DNA of 32,000 bases from Dubosiella newyorkensis (lineage in GTDB: Bacteria; Bacillota_I; Bacilli_A; Erysipelotrichales; Erysipelotrichaceae): positions 1 through 32,000 of the forward strand of contig NZ_MPKA01000044.1 of NCBI RefSeq assembly GCF_001945605.1, given 5' to 3'. A model generated the notes under the pieces. It was not told the origin of the DNA. It saw only the letters and a list, made by a program, of their open reading frames with translations, and ran no database searches. Of the stretch, positions 27,151-32,000 are shown piece after piece. A program made the position numbers and the translations under genes. The number at the start of each line of letters is the position of its first letter. The stretch's first letter is position 1.

Positions 27151-27284
27151 TCATATATTTGAATTTTATTGAAATCGTCCATCATATTCATATATGAATT
27201 TTCATATATTATTCACATGATTAGTAAGAAATAGAAGAAATTGAATCGATTTTTATGATTATAAGGGTAGGAATTCATATATTC
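27151..27284. repeat. Cluster of T(T)CATATAT / GAATT(TT)CATATAT repeats including a perfect 12-bp palindrome
   Basis: Copies at 27151-27158, 27187-27198 (TTCATATATGAA palindrome), 27201-27209 and 27274-27282. Two have the form TCATATAT(TT)GAATTTT. Confidence 0.6.
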
Positions 27285-27625
27285 TTTAAGAAAAATTATG
27301 GATACGTTAATATTAAGTGGTGTAATATATCCTATGATCATTCCTAAGAGAATGCGATATCTCTATGATTTTTAGATGAAAGTAAAAAGTGTGGTTTACT
27401 TCTACTTTTAACTTTCCATGATTCTTTACGCTTCAAATATTCTAATTCCTATCCAATTCATATTAAATAGAATTTCTAATCAATTGGCTTTATTTTCTAA
27501 ATTTTCTTTTCCTATGAATAAGTTATTTGGAATTTAATCTATGTAATAAGAAATAGGAAAATCATAAGTGATTCATTTATGTTATATCTCAACGATCATC
27601 TTTTTCATACAATTATCCTATTCAA

Positions 27626-27662
27626 TAAAAAATACAGGAATCGTTTCTGCAAATTCCTGTAT
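27626..27662 (-). terminator. Intrinsic terminator after recR
   Basis: atacaggaat (27632-27641) / attcctgtat (27653-27662), followed on the minus strand by TTTTTT. Confidence 0.7.
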
Positions 27663-27687
27663 TTCTCCTATGATTGATCTGAATTCG

Positions 27688-28266
27688 TTATTTTCTTCCT
27701 TCAAACGCACGACTTAATGTTTTTGAATCGGTGTAGTCTAGATGTGCGCCCATCGGAATTCCAGATGCGAGTTTAGAAACTTTCACATGATTTTCTAATA
27801 GCTTTTGAAGATAGAGAGCCGTTGTTTCTCCTTCTACGGTTGGATCCAACGCTAATATGACTTCTTCTGTCTCTGGTGTGATTCGTTTCAACAAATTCTC
27901 AATATCTAGCTGATCTGGAAGAATCCCTTTTGATGTGTTGATCAAACCATTCAATACATGATAAACACCTTCATATGAATTCATATTTTCTAAAGTTAAA
28001 ATGTCTTTTGGTTGAGATACAACACAAATCATATTATGATCTCTATTCTGATTTTCACATATTGAGCATATTTCGTGATCGGTTAAGTTCCCACATACTT
28101 TACAATGCTTGATATGATCGAGATCTTTGATCGTTTTTGAGAAATGATCTCGATCTTCCTTTGATAAATTTAAGATCGTGAACGCAAAACGTTCCGCTGT
28201 CTTCAATCCGACACCTGGTAGCTTTTGCATTTCAAAAATCAAGTCTTCGATTTCTCTTGGATACAT
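27688..28266 (-). CDS. recR: Recombination protein RecR
   Basis: 192 aa. LPGVGLKTAERFAF HhH, a C4 zinc finger (CKVCGNLTDHEICSIC), and a Toprim segment. SD GGAGGAT. Confidence 0.95.
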   Translation of the reverse strand: MYPREIEDLIFEMQKLPGVGLKTAERFAFTILNLSKEDRDHFSKTIKDLDHIKHCKVCGNLTDHEICSICENQNRDHNMICVVSQPKDILTLENMNSYEGVYHVLNGLINTSKGILPDQLDIENLLKRITPETEEVILALDPTVEGETTALYLQKLLENHVKVSKLASGIPMGAHLDYTDSKTLSRAFEGRK

Positions 28267-28284
28267 ATAGATCCTCCATTTCTA

Positions 28285-30051
28285 TCAATCTTCTATAAAT
28301 TGGATACTTGGAAATACTTTCTTCAATTGTTCTTCTTCTGAATTTCCTTTCTCTTCTTGAACGATACTTTTCAACTCAATGATTGCTGCCTTCGGAAGCG
28401 TGTTGTTCGCTCTTCTTTGGCGAAACGTTTCTATTAGATCTTTATGCTGTTCATTCGTGATAGCAAAAATCTTCTTTTCTCTTCCAACCAATTTTAACAT
28501 AAAATGTTCAAATCCAAAATTTTCTTCCAATTCATTGATCTCATTGGCTTCCAATTCGCTATTGACTTTTATAATACTGTAATTTTCACCCGAAGCGATG
28601 AGATCACAATGAAGCAAGGAAGACGCGAATTTTCCATATTCGATATCGACTAAATAATCTTCCATTCCTATCATTTGTTCAGATTCTTTTTGTCTTAATT
28701 TTCTATCAGCACCTACTAATAAGGAGAGTAAAAAGTCTGTCGAAAATCTGATTTTTTCGTTTGTAAATTCAGATGATTCTTCTTTCTTATTTGTTTCACG
28801 TGAAACATCATATATTTCTTTTACGTCCAAATCTGCGTTATTTTTAGGCATTTTTTTATTTTTTTTAGAAATATCTGCTCGTTCAGGTGTTATATCATAG
28901 GATATATCCGATCCGATCTCTTCTTTCTTCACCCCATTTTCCGTCTGATTTATACTTTTATACTCCTTAGAAATATAGGATTTTGAGATACTTTTGAGAA
29001 GAGCGGCTTCCAGATAATCCGATATATTGCTGGCGTACGGATATTTCGTATATGTTTCCATCAGAAGATCCATCAGATGTATCCGAAATTCGATCGGAAT
29101 ATTCATAAATTTAGATTGTATGATTTTTTTTGTTGAAGGATCGATCAAAGTCGTTTGATTCGAATAATTAAAAATAACACTATTCTTCAAGATATGGATA
29201 AAATCATTTGTGAAACGTTTTAAGTCAAATCCATTCATCCGGATCTTATGAACGAATTGAATCGTGTCATCGACCTTCTCTTCATACAATAAATTCAATA
29301 GATCTCCTAGATCATTTTTGGTCACGACGCCATAGATCGTTCGTACATCCTCTAAGGTGATCGCATCTTCACTATAAGCGATGCATTGGTCTAAAATCGA
29401 TAAAGCGTCCCGCATTCCTCCATCACTCAACTCGGCGATCAATTCTAGCGCCTCCGGATCGATCTTGATCTTTTCTTCTTTACAGACGACATCGAGACGA
29501 TAGACGATATCTTCTTTCGCGACCCTCGAAAAATCGAAACGCTGACAACGAGAAATAATGGTCGGCAGCACTTTATTGACTTCGGTCGTGGCGAAAATAA
29601 AGATCACATGCGCGGGCGGTTCTTCGATCGTTTTTAATAAAGCGTTGAATGCCCCTGTTGACATCATATGAACCTCGTCAATGATATAGACTTTGTATTT
29701 TCCTTCCATAGGCGCGTATTTTACTCGCTCGATCAAATTACGTACTTCATCAACTCCATTATTGCTCGCCGCATCGATCTCAATAACGTCAGGATGCGCG
29801 TTTTGTTTCGCCAATTCGCAATTATGACAGTTTCCGCAAGGCGCATTCTGTAGGTTTTCGCAATTGAGAGTTTTCGCGAAGATCTTAGCAATTGAAGTCT
29901 TTCCTGTTCCTCTTGGACCACAAAACAAATACGCATGCGAGATCCGATTTGTTTTGATCGCGTGCTGCAACGTCTTTATAATTGGCTTCTGCCCAACGAC
30001 CTCATCAAAAGAGGTCGGCCGATATTTACGATATAACGCTTGATAGGACAT
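28285..30051 (-). CDS. dnaX: DNA polymerase III subunit tau (DnaX)
   Basis: Start at MSYQALYRKYRPTSFDEVVGQ (ATG 30049-30051, SD AAGGGGGA). Contains GPRGTGKTS, a zinc module CGNCHNC and IIDEVHM. AT-rich, low-complexity linker, then a C-terminal tau-specific region. Confidence 0.95.
   Translation of the reverse strand: MSYQALYRKYRPTSFDEVVGQKPIIKTLQHAIKTNRISHAYLFCGPRGTGKTSIAKIFAKTLNCENLQNAPCGNCHNCELAKQNAHPDVIEIDAASNNGVDEVRNLIERVKYAPMEGKYKVYIIDEVHMMSTGAFNALLKTIEEPPAHVIFIFATTEVNKVLPTIISRCQRFDFSRVAKEDIVYRLDVVCKEEKIKIDPEALELIAELSDGGMRDALSILDQCIAYSEDAITLEDVRTIYGVVTKNDLGDLLNLLYEEKVDDTIQFVHKIRMNGFDLKRFTNDFIHILKNSVIFNYSNQTTLIDPSTKKIIQSKFMNIPIEFRIHLMDLLMETYTKYPYASNISDYLEAALLKSISKSYISKEYKSINQTENGVKKEEIGSDISYDITPERADISKKNKKMPKNNADLDVKEIYDVSRETNKKEESSEFTNEKIRFSTDFLLSLLVGADRKLRQKESEQMIGMEDYLVDIEYGKFASSLLHCDLIASGENYSIIKVNSELEANEINELEENFGFEHFMLKLVGREKKIFAITNEQHKDLIETFRQRRANNTLPKAAIIELKSIVQEEKGNSEEEQLKKVFPSIQFIED
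28792..28807. other. Perfect consensus parS site (TGTTTCACGTGAAACA) inside dnaX
   Basis: Exact 16/16 match to the chromosomal ParB/Spo0J binding-site consensus. It lies in the variable linker coding region (DVSRETN). Confidence 0.8.
28851..28866 (-). other. Homopolymeric slippery run A8-T-A7 in dnaX (candidate -1 frameshift / transcriptional slippage site)
   Basis: The zero frame reads TCT AAA AAA AAT AAA AAA ATG. The heptamer A AAA AAT fits X XXY YYZ. The -1 frame reaches TAA immediately. Confidence 0.35.
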
Positions 30052-30083
30052 GAATAGATCCCCCTTTTTCAATTCGTATTTAA

Positions 30084-30092
30084 AGTATATCA
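30084..30092 (-). promoter_or_regulatory. Extended -10 promoter (TGaTATACT) of dnaX
   Basis: Minus strand gTGaTATACT, about 35 nt upstream of the dnaX ATG and immediately after the tadA terminator. Confidence 0.5.
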
Positions 30093-30103
30093 CGCATCTA
30101 TCT

Positions 30104-30131
30104 AAAAAAAATGTTCTCCATCGAGGAGAAC
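30104..30131 (-). terminator. Intrinsic terminator after tadA
   Basis: gttctcc (30113-30119) / ggagaac (30125-30131) with a 5-nt loop, followed on the minus strand by aT8 (A-run 30104-30111). It starts 3 nt after the tadA stop. Confidence 0.7.
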
Positions 30132-30133
30132 GA

Positions 30134-30604
30134 TCATAAGCGATTCTTCTTTTTTTCTTTTCGCTTCTGCCTAAAAAAATCTTTGAGAAGCTGAGCGCAT
30201 TCCTCTTCGAGGATGCCCCCGTGTACTTCAGGATAATGATTAAATCCTTTCACGTGAAAAAGATCAGTGCAAGAACCTGCGCATCCTCCTTTCGGATCAT
30301 AGGCTCCAAACGTCACTGAACGAATTCTCGATAAAATGATCGCTCCGGCGCACATAGGACAAGGTTCTAGAGTCACATAAAGATCACAATCTTCTAGTCG
30401 CCAAGTTTTAAGCTTCTTGCACGCCCTTTCGATCGCGATCAATTCTGCGTGTTTTGTCGCGATCTGCTGACTCTCTCTTAAATTATGAGCGCGAGCGATG
30501 ATCTTGCCATCCCTTACGATCACACATCCGATCGGTACTTCGTTTTTTTTCATCGCCACTTTTGCTTGCAAGATTGCTTTTTTCATCCAATCTATTTCAT
30601 TCAT
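30134..30604 (-). CDS. tadA: tRNA adenosine(34) deaminase
   Basis: 156 aa. HAELIAI and TLEPCPMCAGAI zinc-binding CDA motifs. Confidence 0.95.
   Translation of the reverse strand: MNEIDWMKKAILQAKVAMKKNEVPIGCVIVRDGKIIARAHNLRESQQIATKHAELIAIERACKKLKTWRLEDCDLYVTLEPCPMCAGAIILSRIRSVTFGAYDPKGGCAGSCTDLFHVKGFNHYPEVHGGILEEECAQLLKDFFRQKRKEKKKNRL
30246..30261. other. parS-like palindrome (13/16 to consensus) inside tadA
   Basis: ccTTTCACGTGAAAaA. The inner 12 bp are a perfect palindrome, encoding FHVK on the minus strand. Confidence 0.5.
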
Positions 30605-30832
30605 GCTCCCATTCTACCATAAAAGAAGATCCTCGCTCTTTCTTGTATTCATTTTGTGCATGCTTACATATAGAAAAGAACGATTACACAGGGAAATAAA
30701 GAATCCATATCATAACCGTGTAAGCAGAAAGGAAATTCTTATGAAGCAAAAAAAATCTACCACTTATAATGTTTGTTTTCATTATCATGAATTTCATCAT
30801 TTCCTTATCAGGAATACTGTTTAACGGCATTC

Positions 30833-31744
30833 TTGACCAACAACTTTCAAATCTTATTGTTTGCTCGTTTTATGGCTGGATTGTTTGGAACCGCATATGG
30901 TGTGATTGCCACAACGACTATCGCATCGCTATCCTCTAATAAGAATGTCGGAAGAAACATCGCTTTGTTGATTTCTGGCGCTTCCGCAGCGCTTATGATC
31001 GGTATTCCCCTATGCCGAATCTTGATTGAATACTTTTCATGGCAGATGATCTATCTTGTTTTAGTCATCTTGATGGGAGGAGGTTTGTTGGCTTATACGA
31101 TCTTATTGCCAGAATCAAAAACAAATACCGTGAAAATCGATCTGAACAAAGAATGGAAGCTGCTCACAACTCCAAAAGTATGGAGTATCATTCTTGCTTC
31201 TTTCATCGTCTTTGTTGGATATGGAGCTTTTTATACGTATCTTACACCATATCTCATTGAATTATTCCCACAAATCGAACCATACACAAGTGGAATCCTT
31301 GTATTTGTAGGAGCTTGCGCTTTGATTGGAAATTCAATCAGCGGATATATCTGTGATCGGATCGGCTTTGCGCGCGCTTTATTGTATGGAACAGAGTTGC
31401 AGATTCTTGTTGGCTTTCTAATCTTCATAACCCAAAACAACATGGTGGTCAATATTTTATACGTATTTTTATGGATGATCACAGGATGGTTTATCGGTCT
31501 TCAGCTCAATACAGGAATTAATGTTGTAAGCCAAAAACGCTCCAACTTCATCGTTTCCTTATCTGGATCAATCATTCAGTTTTCGCAAGCCGTTGGCTCC
31601 TCGATTTCAGCAATCGTGATCAATCAATTCGGCATGTCAATGATCATCTTCATTTCCATGATCACTTCTCTTCTATGCGTGATCTTTTGTCTTTTACAAA
31701 CCATTCAAAAACAAGCAGCAATAATAACATCCGAAAATATCTAA
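30833..31744 (+). CDS. MFS transporter, N-terminally truncated and frameshifted (probable pseudogene; remnant start at 30741)
   Basis: The 303-aa ORF has only a TTG start and begins in a TM4-like segment (LLFARFMAGLFGTAYG). It holds 9 predicted TMs (TM4-TM12). A good SD+ATG at 30741 opens a 27-codon frame, while a TM1-like peptide (LPLIMFVFIIMNFIISLSGILFNGILDQ) is readable in a third frame. Confidence 0.6.
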   Translation: MTNNFQILLFARFMAGLFGTAYGVIATTTIASLSSNKNVGRNIALLISGASAALMIGIPLCRILIEYFSWQMIYLVLVILMGGGLLAYTILLPESKTNTVKIDLNKEWKLLTTPKVWSIILASFIVFVGYGAFYTYLTPYLIELFPQIEPYTSGILVFVGACALIGNSISGYICDRIGFARALLYGTELQILVGFLIFITQNNMVVNILYVFLWMITGWFIGLQLNTGINVVSQKRSNFIVSLSGSIIQFSQAVGSSISAIVINQFGMSMIIFISMITSLLCVIFCLLQTIQKQAAIITSENI

Positions 31745-31750
31745 AACAAA

Positions 31751-31779
31751 GAGGAAAGATCCAATCCAGATCCTTCCTC
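31751..31779. terminator. Hairpin terminator between the MFS gene and the SRP RNA
   Basis: gaggaaagatc / gatccttcctc (10 bp, one mismatch). On the minus strand it is followed by TTTGTTTT; on the plus strand there is only a weak T tract. Confidence 0.55.
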
Positions 31780-31790
31780 TTAATTGTATA

Positions 31791-31874
31791 AAAAAACTAC
31801 TACACATACGGGAGCTTACTTAGGGCTGCTTCATTCCTGACCTGACCCGATTCATAAGATCGTATTGTAGTAGC
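31791..31874 (-). ncRNA. ffs: Signal recognition particle RNA, small (4.5S-like) type
   Basis: The minus strand reads GCUACUACAAUACG...GGGUCAGGUCAGGAAUGAAGCAGCCC...CGUAUGUGUAGUAG-U6. It has the domain IV consensus GGUCAGGUC-[GGAA loop]-GAAGCAGCC, with an A-U replacing the E. coli C-G closing pair. A 13-bp terminal helix (one bulged G) is followed by a U-run, and a consensus promoter sits at the right distance. Confidence 0.85.
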
Positions 31875-31880
31875 TTAAAT

Positions 31881-31909
31881 ATAATAGCAAAATCGCTCTA
31901 AAAAGTCAA
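31881..31909 (-). promoter_or_regulatory. Promoter of the SRP RNA gene
   Basis: Minus strand TTGACT (31904-31909), 17 nt, then TGcTATTAT (hexamer 31881-31886). The predicted start is about 7 nt downstream, at G31874. Confidence 0.7.
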
Positions 31910-31916
31910 ACGAGAA

Positions 31917-32000
31917 CTAGCGAACCAGTTTTAGCTCCTCTGTACCTCCCATATAAGGACGAAGCACTTCCGGGATCTTCACCGTACCATCCTCCTGCAA
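31917..32000 (-). CDS. serS: Seryl-tRNA synthetase, C-terminal 27 codons (runs off the right edge)
   Basis: Translates to LQEDGTVKIPEVLRPYMGGTEELKLVR*. The ...G.V.IPEVLRPYMGG... tail is the conserved SerS C-terminus. serS lies near tadA/dnaX in Bacillus too. Confidence 0.8.
   Translation of the reverse strand: MQEDGTVKIPEVLRPYMGGTEELKLVR

Noticed and set aside
27006-27687. The AT-rich island as a replication origin (oriC) or a dif/Xer site
   Set aside because: There is no dnaA or dnaN nearby, and the best DnaA-box matches to TTATCCACA are only 6/9 (for example TTATCCTAT at 27613-27621). The best dif-like stretches (around 27540-27590) match the XerD arm TTATGTAAACT at only about 7/11, with no proper XerC arm.
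28793-28806. The GTTTCACGTGAAAC hairpin as the stimulatory structure for dnaX frameshifting
   Set aside because: It is only a 5-6 bp stem with a 4-nt loop and lies about 50 nt downstream of the slippery run, too weak and too far for a classical stimulator. It is better explained as parS.
30684-30723. Stem-loop TTACACAGG...CCGTGTAA in the MFS 5' region as a riboswitch
   Set aside because: It is a single imperfect hairpin with an AT-rich loop and matches no riboswitch class I can recall. The downstream gene appears to be decayed.
30498-30824. 108-aa plus-strand ORF
   Set aside because: Most of it is antisense to tadA. Only its last 27 codons (from the ATG at 30741) are meaningful, as the out-of-frame remnant of the MFS gene start.

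Overview
This window is mostly core housekeeping DNA from a low to mid-GC Firmicute-type chromosome. Synteny (serS-ffs-tadA-dnaX-recR, tmk-holB-yaaT-rsmI, mutS-mutL-miaA), an 84-nt SRP RNA and missing hfq/ybaB suggest the Erysipelotrichia/Mollicutes side of Bacillota, but this is inference only.

Gene order, left to right:
- the 3' end of an unidentified plus-strand gene
- a minus-strand purine operon: purE, large purL, purF, purM and an in-frame purN::purH fusion
- minus-strand rsmI, ricT(yaaT), holB, tmk
- plus-strand SRAP peptidase, YggS, a PerR-like Fur regulator, rubrerythrin and a membrane-anchored amidase
- a tightly overlapping minus-strand operon: mutS, mutL, miaA, tcdA, lipid kinase, CNNM/CorC
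- rodA/ftsW, NAD kinase and a CYTH protein
- a compositionally distinct patch at 26.45-27.69 kb, with an orphan HTH/coiled-coil gene and 680 bp of ORF-free, very AT-rich, repeat-bearing DNA
- recR, dnaX, tadA, a degraded MFS transporter gene, a small SRP RNA and the serS 3' end

I saw no CRISPR array, tRNA, rRNA, transposase, integrase or recognisable defence genes, and I did not find a convincing multi-gene novel system. Most promoters I could recognise carry an extended -10 (TGnTAnnnT).

The observations most worth follow-up are:
- three parS-type palindromes within 3.3 kb, one a perfect consensus inside dnaX
- the AT-rich island and its orphan HTH gene
- a PurF whose glutaminase nucleophile Cys and oxyanion Asn are both Ser
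- the PurN-PurH fusion, which keeps an internal Shine-Dalgarno
- an A8/A7 slippery run in dnaX with an immediate -1 frame stop at the tau/gamma-equivalent position
- strong GATC/CGATCG over-representation that vanishes in the island

All functional calls rest on motif recognition by eye. No database search was possible.
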